Program-made: the position numbers and the translations under genes
Notes under the pieces: generated by a model
Databases searched by the model: none
The model's input: the letters and a program-made list of their open reading frames with translations, nothing else
What the model was told of the DNA's origin: nothing
In this document: piece by piece, positions 19,678 through 27,689 of the stretch
How positions within the stretch are numbered: the stretch's first letter is position 1
Layout: every line of letters starts with the position of its first letter
Origin: Bordetella parapertussis
GTDB lineage: Bacteria; Pseudomonadota; Gammaproteobacteria; Burkholderiales; SG8-41
Assembly (NCBI GenBank): GCA_945906815.1
Contig: CAMDRT010000015.1
Span: 1,584 to 65,583 of the forward strand
DNA: 64,000 nucleotides
Direction of reading: 5' to 3'

Positions 19678-22053
19678 TTACTTGATACACACAGCACGCA
19701 CCTGCTGTATATCGGTGATGCCCTGCAACACTTTTTCTATGCCGTCCTGCTTCAGCGTGCGCATGCCTTCTTCGAGCGCGGTCGCGAACATTTGCGCGAC
19801 GCGGGCATGCTCCTGAATGTCTTTTTTCACGCGGTCGGTACCGATCAACAGTTCGTGCAAACCCACACGCCCTTTGTAACCCGAGTCGCCACAGGTATCA
19901 CAGCCCTTGGCCGAATGCAGCGTGAGATGGCCGTTCTGATCGCCAAACTCCTTGACCCAGAATGCCAGCAGCTTCGCGCGCTCGCCCTGCGGATCTTTTT
20001 TCCACGACTCGGTGTTCATCAGTTCGAGGGCGTATTCTTCGAGCAGCGCTTGCACTTCTTCCTCGGTTGCCGGATGCGCCTGCTTGCACTTCACGCACAG
20101 GCGCTTGGCCAGACGCTGCGCCAGTATGCCCAACAGTGCGTCGGCAAAATTAAACGGGTCCATGCCCATATCCAGCAAACGGATAATCGATTCCGGCGCG
20201 CTATTCGTATGCAGTGTTGCAAACACCAGGTGGCCGGTGAGCGACGCCTCGATGCCGGTGGACACGGTCTCCTTGTCGCGCATCTCGCCGACCATGATGA
20301 TATCGGGATCGGCGCGCAAAAACGCCTTCATAATGATGGAAAACTCCAGTCCCGCTTTTTTGTTGATTTGAACCTGGCGCAGGCCTTTCTGGGTAATTTC
20401 AACCGGGTCTTCGGCGGTCCATATTTTAGTGTCGGGCTTATTCAGATAGCCGAGCACGGAATGCAGCGTGGTGGTTTTGCCCGAACCGGTGGGACCGCAC
20501 ACGAAAAACAGTCCGTAGGGCTTTTCAATGGCCGTCTTGCACTGCTGCAGATTGCGCTTCGAAAGACCCAGCTTTTCCAGCGGAATCGGTTCGCCTGCCG
20601 CCAGAATACGCATCACGATGTCTTCAACACCGCCTGCAGTCGGAATGGTGGCGACCCGCAATTCAATATCCAACGGCCCGAATTTTTTGAATTTGATCTT
20701 GCCATCCTGCGGCTTGCGGCGCTCCGAAATATCCAGGTCACACATGATCTTGAGCCGTGCTGCGAGCGCGTTACGGTAACTCGCGGGTATCTGTATATAG
20801 GGCGTCAGCGAGCCGTCCTTGCGAAAGCGGATTTCCGTCTTGCCTTTGCCCGGATAGGGTTCGATATGAATATCCGATGCCCCCTGCTGATAGGCGTCGA
20901 GAATGACCTTGTTCACCAGCTTGACGAGTTCGTTGTCACTGGCGGCGCTCGCGATGTCGTCGCCGCCGGGTTCCAGGCTTTCTTCGTCGTCAAGATCACC
21001 GAGCAGGTCGTCAATGTTGCCGGAATCCGCCGACATGGCGCCAAACAACTGATCCAGCGTGGCAATAAATTCACGCTGCGTCGTCACCCGATAGACAATT
21101 TTGTTCTTCGGGTACACATTGACAACCATGCGGGAGGTACGCGTGCGCTCCACATCGGGCGTCACCACCACAATGCCGTCCTTGGTGTCGTCCACAGGCA
21201 CCCACTGATTGGTCAGACAAAACTCGCGACTCATGTTGCGCAGCAGGTCGGGCGGCTTGATGCGGTCCTGCTTGAAAGGTTCGTAGGCAACGCCAAAATA
21301 CGCTGCCAGCGCGGCGCCGATCACCGGCACTTTTACCTGGAACTCGTCGATCAGCACCGTTTCCAGATCGATGTTCTTGCGCCGGGACGAGCGTTGCGCA
21401 AGTTCGAGCTCTTCCGCGGAAATCACCGCATCGGTCACCAGTGCGTCGTACTTGCCGCGCACCTGTATGCGACCGCTCGCGCCCTGGCGTTGCCGGAACG
21501 CAATCGCCATGGTTTCGCACAGGTGCAATACGCCTTCTTCCATGTACTGCGCAAAGGGCTGCCCGCTCTTGGTGTTGATAATCTGAATGATGCCAATCAG
21601 ATCGTTGGTCTTGGCTTCCGCTATCGGCGCCACCAGCATCTGCCGGGTGCGGTAGCCCGTTTTCGCGTCAACCGCCCTCAGAAAATTTAATTTCGGGCTA
21701 TGCACCTTGAGTTCAGCGGCATCGTAGACGTCGCAAATATTGAGTACACGCCTGTTGACACCTACAAACCCGGCCACCGACTGTTCGTTGATGGGAAGCT
21801 TGATGTCCTTGAAGGAATTCAGTCCGGTCTTGACCTTGGAAATAATCGAGCCCTTGTCTTCGCTGGTCAGGTAGATCGTGAGCCGGTCTGCCAGAAACAA
21901 GCCGCAAAGCTCGATCGAAACCTCGGTGAGAATCTCCTCGATATCCTTGGTGCCATGAACCTTGTTGGTCAGCGCTTGCAGACGCTGCTGGAAACCCAGC
22001 TTTTCAGCCAGAGGATCCTGCGCTGCGGGTTTGCTTTGGAGTACTGAACTCAT
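19678..22053 (-). CDS. PilB/GspE-family secretion ATPase with an N-terminal GAF domain
   Basis: A 791-aa ORF. It has a GAF domain (aa ~30-190), a T2SSE_N-like domain, Walker A GPTGSGKTTT, IIMVGEMRD, a His box TGHLVFATLHTN and a tetra-Cys motif (CVKCKQ...CDTCGDSGYKGR). Confidence 0.85.
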   Translation of the reverse strand: MSSVLQSKPAAQDPLAEKLGFQQRLQALTNKVHGTKDIEEILTEVSIELCGLFLADRLTIYLTSEDKGSIISKVKTGLNSFKDIKLPINEQSVAGFVGVNRRVLNICDVYDAAELKVHSPKLNFLRAVDAKTGYRTRQMLVAPIAEAKTNDLIGIIQIINTKSGQPFAQYMEEGVLHLCETMAIAFRQRQGASGRIQVRGKYDALVTDAVISAEELELAQRSSRRKNIDLETVLIDEFQVKVPVIGAALAAYFGVAYEPFKQDRIKPPDLLRNMSREFCLTNQWVPVDDTKDGIVVVTPDVERTRTSRMVVNVYPKNKIVYRVTTQREFIATLDQLFGAMSADSGNIDDLLGDLDDEESLEPGGDDIASAASDNELVKLVNKVILDAYQQGASDIHIEPYPGKGKTEIRFRKDGSLTPYIQIPASYRNALAARLKIMCDLDISERRKPQDGKIKFKKFGPLDIELRVATIPTAGGVEDIVMRILAAGEPIPLEKLGLSKRNLQQCKTAIEKPYGLFFVCGPTGSGKTTTLHSVLGYLNKPDTKIWTAEDPVEITQKGLRQVQINKKAGLEFSIIMKAFLRADPDIIMVGEMRDKETVSTGIEASLTGHLVFATLHTNSAPESIIRLLDMGMDPFNFADALLGILAQRLAKRLCVKCKQAHPATEEEVQALLEEYALELMNTESWKKDPQGERAKLLAFWVKEFGDQNGHLTLHSAKGCDTCGDSGYKGRVGLHELLIGTDRVKKDIQEHARVAQMFATALEEGMRTLKQDGIEKVLQGITDIQQVRAVCIK

Positions 22054-22323
22054 TTCGCCCCCACCACTATGATTTTGTTCAACACCAACCCAACCCGTCT
22101 AGAACTCGAAAACCTGCCGCTGTTGCAGCACGCTCGGATTCCAGCGGGACGCGCCGCGCGCGATCTCCTGCTCCTGCGTGGCGTCGGGAACCGCCGTTTC
22201 CACCCTGATATAGCGAAGATTACCAATAGTATTCACTACGCGCCACCAATCACCGCAACTGCAGGTATCGCCGGAAAATACCAGGCTTGCCTTGCCCGAG
22301 CGCTAGCGGCGAAAACCGCATCG

Positions 22324-24546
22324 TTATTTCGTCTCGAAAGTAAACGCACCGTCCCAATCGGGACCTGGACTCTTCTCGCGCAGCACCGGTATGCGCGCCA
22401 GAAACAACTCGTAGAGCTTGTCTCCCGGCGACGTTTCCTGCAAATGCCGCAACTGCGTCTCGGCCTTATCCCACTCCTGCCTGCGATAAGTGGCTAATGC
22501 CTCCTGATAAACTTCCAGCACCTTGATGATGTCCGCGCTGACCTCGCTGCGCAGCCCGAGCGGCTGATAAATTGTAACCGCGTTTTCCTTGCCCTTGACG
22601 CGCACCCGGTCCAGTTCACGGAAAACCATATCCGGCGCCGCCGCCATGGTGTCTTCGCCCACGATAACATTGGCGCCGTATTCCTTGGTGATACCTTCAA
22701 GACGCGACGCCAGATTTACCGCATCACCCATTACCGTGTAAGCGCGCCGGATCGTCGATCCCATGTTGCCCACGCTCACGCGACCCGTGTTCAGGCCCAC
22801 GCCGATTTTGATTTCAGGCCAGTTTTTTGCTTTGAATTTTGGCTGCAATTCATTCAGCACACGATGCATTTCGAGACCCGCAAGCACGCCCGTTTGCGCA
22901 TGCGCGGCATTGGCAACGGGTGCGCCCCAGAACGCCATAATGCAATCGCCCATGTATTTATCAATCGTGCCGTGATGCTTGAAGATCACATGGGTGAGGG
23001 GTGTCAGGAACTCGTTCATCAATTCCGACAGCGCCTTGGGATCCAGCCCTTCTGAGATAGTGGTGAATCCGCGCACGTCGGTAAACAGCACCGTACACTC
23101 ACGCGAAGTCGGTTCAAACGAAACATTACTGGGGTCCTTCGCCATCTGTGCGACGAGTTCTGGCGGTATATATTGCCCGAACAGTCCGGTAATCAGCCTC
23201 TTGCTGCGCGATTCGGTGAAATAGCCCCACACCGTATTCAGCGTATAGAGCGCGAATATCAGCAACACATTGCCCGCCAGCGGCAATACAAAATTCGCAT
23301 AATGGTACAAAGCGAGATTGACGCCGATAACCAACCCCGCAATAGCGAGGATCACCACGGTTGCCTGGACAATACTCAAGAATGGCAACAGCACCGCCAG
23401 CACCAAGCCGATCAGGACGATGACCATCAATTGTGCGCCGTTCGCATACGCCGGATCGCGCTTTAGTTTCTCGTCCAGCATGCCGGCAACGAGATTGGCG
23501 TGCGCCTCCACCCCAGGATACACGGCGTCTACCGGCGTCACCCGAGAATCGAGCAACCCCGGCGCCGAGGTAGCGACCAACGCTATCTTGCCGCGCAGCT
23601 CGGCTATATCAATCCGGTCATTCAATACATCGGCGATGGATATATATTTAAAACTGCCACGCGGGCCGCGATAAGGAATCAACGCCCGCGCATTATTGTC
23701 CACGGGAATCTTCAACCCGCCGATGGAGATTTGCTCGAGTGTCGCTTCGCCGCCGGCATAGTCCTCGAATTCCAGCTTGACCGCAGGCATGCCTAAGTAG
23801 CTACGCGTCACCGCCAGCGAAAGCGCTTCGTAGTATTTGCCCTGGAAAGGAATCACCAGAGGCACCTTGCGCAACACGCCATCGGCATCATTCGTGGGAT
23901 TAAAGTGGCCGCCGCTGGCCGCGGTGTTTTGCAGGACTGCTATGTTACCGCTATACCCTGAGCGGACCTCTTCTTGCGGGATCTTGCGCCCACGAAGATC
24001 CGCCTCGGTAAACACCGGCGAGGGCAGCAAGCCTTTGAATTCGCCTTCCTGATTAAAAGTATAGCCAAGCACCACCTTGCGATTGCGCAGCTTGTCGGCG
24101 AATATGGCATCGTAGTCCAACTGTGGACGCAACTTGGCGAGCGCGCTCTGAAACTGCGGCACGCCGCTCAACTCCCCGTTTGCCAGGCGGTCGAGCACCC
24201 TGACGCCCGACGTTTCATCACGCTCGGCAAACACCACGTCAAAACCCAGCACTTCGATCTGGTACTGGTCAAACAGCTTGTCGACCATCAGTGCGAGCCG
24301 ATCGCGCGGCCACGGCCAGCGCCCTTCGCCGCCGTGTTCTCTTTCCTTGAGACTTTTCTCATCGATATCGAGTATGACAATTTTCGGATCGACGCCGCCC
24401 GGCATGAGAAAGCGCAGGCGCGTGTCGGACGCGAGGTTCTCGAGCTTGCTGATGAACAGCAGTTCATAATCCACGCCGCGCGCATGAACAAAGAACGCCG
24501 CGACTATAGCCAGCCCCATGATAATCCGCAGCCCATGTTTTTTCAT
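22324..24546 (-). CDS. CHASE2 sensor / class III adenylate-guanylate cyclase
   Basis: An N-terminal TM plus periplasmic CHASE2 domain (GEGRWPWPRD) and three TM helices are followed by a cyclase domain (FTDVRGFTTISE, IDKYMGDCIMAFWGAP, GLNTGRVSVGNMG...MGDAVNLASRLE). The Lys in IDKYMGD hints at ATP specificity. Confidence 0.85.
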   Translation of the reverse strand: MKKHGLRIIMGLAIVAAFFVHARGVDYELLFISKLENLASDTRLRFLMPGGVDPKIVILDIDEKSLKEREHGGEGRWPWPRDRLALMVDKLFDQYQIEVLGFDVVFAERDETSGVRVLDRLANGELSGVPQFQSALAKLRPQLDYDAIFADKLRNRKVVLGYTFNQEGEFKGLLPSPVFTEADLRGRKIPQEEVRSGYSGNIAVLQNTAASGGHFNPTNDADGVLRKVPLVIPFQGKYYEALSLAVTRSYLGMPAVKLEFEDYAGGEATLEQISIGGLKIPVDNNARALIPYRGPRGSFKYISIADVLNDRIDIAELRGKIALVATSAPGLLDSRVTPVDAVYPGVEAHANLVAGMLDEKLKRDPAYANGAQLMVIVLIGLVLAVLLPFLSIVQATVVILAIAGLVIGVNLALYHYANFVLPLAGNVLLIFALYTLNTVWGYFTESRSKRLITGLFGQYIPPELVAQMAKDPSNVSFEPTSRECTVLFTDVRGFTTISEGLDPKALSELMNEFLTPLTHVIFKHHGTIDKYMGDCIMAFWGAPVANAAHAQTGVLAGLEMHRVLNELQPKFKAKNWPEIKIGVGLNTGRVSVGNMGSTIRRAYTVMGDAVNLASRLEGITKEYGANVIVGEDTMAAAPDMVFRELDRVRVKGKENAVTIYQPLGLRSEVSADIIKVLEVYQEALATYRRQEWDKAETQLRHLQETSPGDKLYELFLARIPVLREKSPGPDWDGAFTFETK

Positions 24547-24633
24547 GTGGATACTTTACTTAAAACGCAGCTCGCAGTTTGCCCTTACGATGCCTAGCGC
24601 AGCCGCGGGTGTATGCCTGTGGCACCCTTAAGA

Positions 24634-25365
24634 CTACCTGAAGAAAAATTCCATTTTTACCCCGGCGATTTCGATCACATCATGATCGCCCAGAAAATGC
24701 GCCTGCGCGTCCAGTTGCTGATGGTTTAACACCGGGTAATTCACGCCCTCCACGTGTGTAATGAAGTACCCCTGCGGGCGCCTGGCAATCACCGCCACCT
24801 GCACGCCGGGCTTGCCCAGCGTGGTGAGATTTTTGCTTAAAGGCGCCTCTTTGCCGGCACCCGGACCGCTCATGATCTGTATCCACGCTTGCGCTGCGGC
24901 AGCTGGTACAGCGGGGGCTGCGGGCTGGGGCGCCATCGTCGCTTTGGGTAGCGGCAGCGTTAACGCGTCGGCTTGCACTGCGAGGGCCGGCGCAGCGGGC
25001 GCACGCTGGGCCGCGGGCGGCGCATGCAACGCCGTGGTGCGCTCAAAGTCTTCGCTCGATGCCTGATCCTCCAACGGCGCGTCGCTCACAAAATGAAGCG
25101 TGTATTTACCGATTTCGATAACGTCGTTATGCTGAAGTATGTGTTTTTTGACCGGCTTGCCGTTGACCCTAGTGCCGTTGGCGGAACCCAAATCCTCCAG
25201 AAACGAATCGTTCAATATAGTCACGATGCGCGCGTGCTCGCTGCTGAGCGCCCTATTCTCGATCTGAATGTCATTGTGCGGCTTGCACCCGATCGTCACG
25301 CGCTCCTGATCCAGATTCACCTCCCGCATCACCGCGCCTTCAAGACTGAGTATCACCTTAGCCAT
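24634..25365 (-). CDS. FHA-domain protein (N-terminal FHA, P/A-rich linker, second FHA-like C-terminal domain)
   Basis: VTIGCKPHNDIQIENRALSSEHARIV...GSANGTRVNGKPV...NDVIEIGKYTLHF is a classical FHA domain. The start at ATG 25365 overlaps the PP2C stop by 8 nt. Confidence 0.75.
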   Translation of the reverse strand: MAKVILSLEGAVMREVNLDQERVTIGCKPHNDIQIENRALSSEHARIVTILNDSFLEDLGSANGTRVNGKPVKKHILQHNDVIEIGKYTLHFVSDAPLEDQASSEDFERTTALHAPPAAQRAPAAPALAVQADALTLPLPKATMAPQPAAPAVPAAAAQAWIQIMSGPGAGKEAPLSKNLTTLGKPGVQVAVIARRPQGYFITHVEGVNYPVLNHQQLDAQAHFLGDHDVIEIAGVKMEFFFR

Positions 25366-26197
25366 GATTATTTCCCCGCCTTTGTTTAAACCCATGTTTC
25401 AAACGCGCGCTTAAACCCGCTGACGCCTGATCCACCTTACGTACATGCACCAGGATCACTGAAATATTGTCGCGCCCGCCGTTGTCGTTGGCCTGCTGCA
25501 CCAGTTGTTGCGCCGCCAGCGTCAGGTTGGATTTCAACGACGATACGGTCAAATGTATCTCCTCGTCAGACACCGTGTCGTAGAGTCCGTCGGAACACAG
25601 CACGTAAATGTCACCCGCCGCCACTGCATGCGTGTGCACTTCGGGCACCACATTCAGATCAATGCCGCAAGCACGCGTGACCAGATTTTTTTTCTTGGAG
25701 GTGCGCGCCTGTTCATAGGTCATCAAGCCGGCGTCGATTTGGTCCTGTACCCAAGAGTGGTCTCGCGTGAGCGGGGTCACCGCGGCGCCGCGCACGCGAT
25801 AACAACGCGAATCCCCTAAATGGACCACCGTCACGCGGTCGCCATGCCAATAGGCGATGACCAACGTGGTACCCATGCCGCTATACTGCGGTTGGCTTTG
25901 CGCCGCGGTATAAATCGCGCTATTCACTGTGGAGGCCTGCGCGGCCATCAATTGTTGCACCGCTTCATCGCTCAGCCCGTGCAAGGCCTGATCAGCGGAA
26001 AGCTTGCGCATTGCTTGCGGCACCATCGCCACCGCGATGCCGCTCGCCACTTCGCCGGCATGGTGGCCGCCCATGCCATCGGCAAGCGTCGCCAATCCGA
26101 GATCCACATCTGCGGCAAGGCTGTCTTCATTGTGCGCGCGCACCCGTCCCACGTCGGTTGCACTGGCCATCTCGAATTGCTTGCTTGCCATGCTCAT
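25358..26197 (-). CDS. PP2C-family Ser/Thr phosphatase
   Basis: ATDVGRVRAHNEDS, LADGMGGHHAGEVAS, VLCSDGL and ANDNGGRDNISVILV are PPM motifs. Confidence 0.85.
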   Translation of the reverse strand: MSMASKQFEMASATDVGRVRAHNEDSLAADVDLGLATLADGMGGHHAGEVASGIAVAMVPQAMRKLSADQALHGLSDEAVQQLMAAQASTVNSAIYTAAQSQPQYSGMGTTLVIAYWHGDRVTVVHLGDSRCYRVRGAAVTPLTRDHSWVQDQIDAGLMTYEQARTSKKKNLVTRACGIDLNVVPEVHTHAVAAGDIYVLCSDGLYDTVSDEEIHLTVSSLKSNLTLAAQQLVQQANDNGGRDNISVILVHVRKVDQASAGLSARLKHGFKQRRGNNHG

Positions 26198-26203
26198 CGT
26201 TGG

Positions 26204-26537
26204 CTACCAGGCCATGCGGAACACGAGCTGCGCCGTGGCGTCCCTGGTAGCCGCCACATGGCCGCTGGCCAGGGGGTAGCGCGTCACCCCAAGCGACCAC
26301 CTATCCGCATGTCCTCCAACCATTTTGCCCTGCAGCTGTGCGGGCGTGCAGGCGCATGTACGAGGGCGTCCCCAGTAGCCTGCTGGTTTTGGTTTTTGAG
26401 CCATCGGTGATCCGCGCAGTGCCAAAATCCGTGACCTTTACGCTGTCGGACTCAGGATCATACATGACGTTGGGCGGCTGGATATCGCGATGCACCGCGT
26501 AGTGCTTGTGGGCGAGTAGAGGACTTTCACCTTCAAG
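26204..26537 (-). pseudogene. decayed Hanks-type Ser/Thr protein kinase (catalytic-loop-to-subdomain-IX fragment, frameshifted, N-lobe missing)
   Basis: One minus frame reads LLAHKHYAVHRDIQPPNVMYDPESDSVKVTDFGTARI..LLGTPSYM (HRDxxxxN, DFG, GTPxYM). The next kinase segment, PAQLQGKMVGGHADRWSLGV, appears only in a second frame (to 26204). There is an in-frame TGA at 26538-40, and only ~90 nt separate it from the preceding gene, so the Gly-loop and VAIK lobe are absent. Confidence 0.6.
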
Positions 26538-26562
26538 TCAGTGCGCCCTGCCGGGCGCACCC

Positions 26563-26591
26563 AAGAAAAAGGGCCGTGGAATCCACGGCCC
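26563..26591 (-). terminator. rho-independent terminator of the fmt-like gene
   Basis: GGGCCGTGG-AAT-CCACGGCCC (26571-26591) is followed on the minus strand by UUUUUCUU (A-run 26566-70). Confidence 0.6.
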
Positions 26592-26629
26592 CTGGCAAGG
26601 AACAACGCCACATATTGCTTGGGCGTCAC

Positions 26630-27562
26630 TCAGCTGTCGAACACTATACCGTTCGCAATATTATTCACTTTGGCAAACTCTGCGCCAGACAGTTTTTTGC
26701 CGTCTTCGCCACGAGCGCGCAGCACTTCTATCGTGCCACCCTGAGTGGTGACACGAAAGCTTTGCTCACCCACTGCGGAAATCTCGCCTATTTTGCCGGC
26801 GACATCCGCAAAACGGCGGGACGGATGCTTGCGTGCATCGAATATCTGCACTTTCTTGCCATTGAGCATGGTCCACGCGCCGGGCGCGGGGTTGCAGGCA
26901 CGAATCAGGTTGTAGACGGAATCCACGTGGCTGGCCCAATGAATACGCGACTCACTCGCGCGGCACCAGCCCTCGTAGCTCGCCTTCGATTCGTCCTGCA
27001 CCGTCTCGCTGTGTTTGCCCGCAAACACCAGATCCGCGGCTTCGAGCATGGCTTTTACGCCCAGCGGAAAAAGATGGTTGAAATAAACATCGCCCAGGGT
27101 GTCATCGGGGCCTATGGCGCATGTTTTTTGCAGCACCACCGGGCCTTCGTCCAGACCTTCATTCGGGCGAAAAATGGTTAATCCGGTTTGCGTGTCGCCG
27201 CGCATGATCGGCCAGTTGATCGACGATGGCCCGCGGTATTTTGGCAGCAGCGACGGGTGATATTGAATCGTGCCCAGACGCGGCAAATGCACAAACGTAT
27301 CCGGCGCGAATTGCAGCACATAGGCCATGATGCCGATGTCCACACTCAAGCTTTTCAGCGCCGCGTGCGCATCCGGTTCGCGCAGCGATTTAAACTGGAA
27401 CACTTTGAGATTTTTTTCCTCGGCAGCAGCGCGCACGGGGTCGGGCCGGGCGCCCGGTTTTTCCGGTGCGCAGAACACGCCGGCGACTTCATCGCCGCGC
27501 GCCAGAAAAGCATCCAGCACTGCTTTGCCAAAATCCTGCTGGCCAATAATTGCGATTTTCAT
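26630..27562 (-). CDS. formyltransferase-family protein (Fmt / 10-formyl-THF dehydrogenase N-terminal hydrolase-like)
   Basis: MKIAIIGQQDFGKAVLDAFLARGDEVAGVFCAPEKPG... resembles the N-terminal formyltransferase fold, with an Fmt_C-like C-terminal half. The start is ATG 27562. The substrate is unknown. Confidence 0.65.
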   Translation of the reverse strand: MKIAIIGQQDFGKAVLDAFLARGDEVAGVFCAPEKPGARPDPVRAAAEEKNLKVFQFKSLREPDAHAALKSLSVDIGIMAYVLQFAPDTFVHLPRLGTIQYHPSLLPKYRGPSSINWPIMRGDTQTGLTIFRPNEGLDEGPVVLQKTCAIGPDDTLGDVYFNHLFPLGVKAMLEAADLVFAGKHSETVQDESKASYEGWCRASESRIHWASHVDSVYNLIRACNPAPGAWTMLNGKKVQIFDARKHPSRRFADVAGKIGEISAVGEQSFRVTTQGGTIEVLRARGEDGKKLSGAEFAKVNNIANGIVFDS

Positions 27563-27571
27563 AGTGTTTGA

Positions 27572-27668
27572 GTGAACGAGTGAACGAGTGAACAAGTGAA
27601 CGAGTCATTTCACGGGGCGCGGTGGAAGGGTTTTACCCGTTCACGCGTTCACCCGTTCACCCGTTCAC
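27572..27668. repeat. inverted array of tandem octamers: 4x GTGAAC(G/A)A facing 4x NCGTTCAC
   Basis: Units lie at 27572-79, 80-87, 88-95 and 96-603, and at 27638-44, 46-52, 54-60 and 62-68, with a strict 8-nt period. The arms are complementary for 7 of 8 nt per unit and the spacer is ~34 nt. The array is intercistronic between frc and the fmt-like gene. Confidence 0.85.
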
Positions 27669-27689
27669 GCCCTTTGGAACTTTAGAACT

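Noticed and set aside
19660-21690. 676-aa plus-strand ORF
   Set aside because: It lies entirely antisense to the PilB/GspE ATPase, whose Walker and His-box motifs are unambiguous. The translation is Arg/His/Gln-rich with no recognisable domain.
22069-22497. 142-aa plus-strand ORF, and a 45-codon GTG ORF on the minus strand (about 22100-22240), in the 270-nt cyclase-ATPase spacer
   Set aside because: The plus-strand ORF runs into the cyclase gene antisense. The short minus-strand ORF (VNTIGNLRYIRVETAVPD...) has no RBS, no recognisable motif and mixed codon usage. I cannot support either as a gene. The spacer more likely holds the ATPase promoter.
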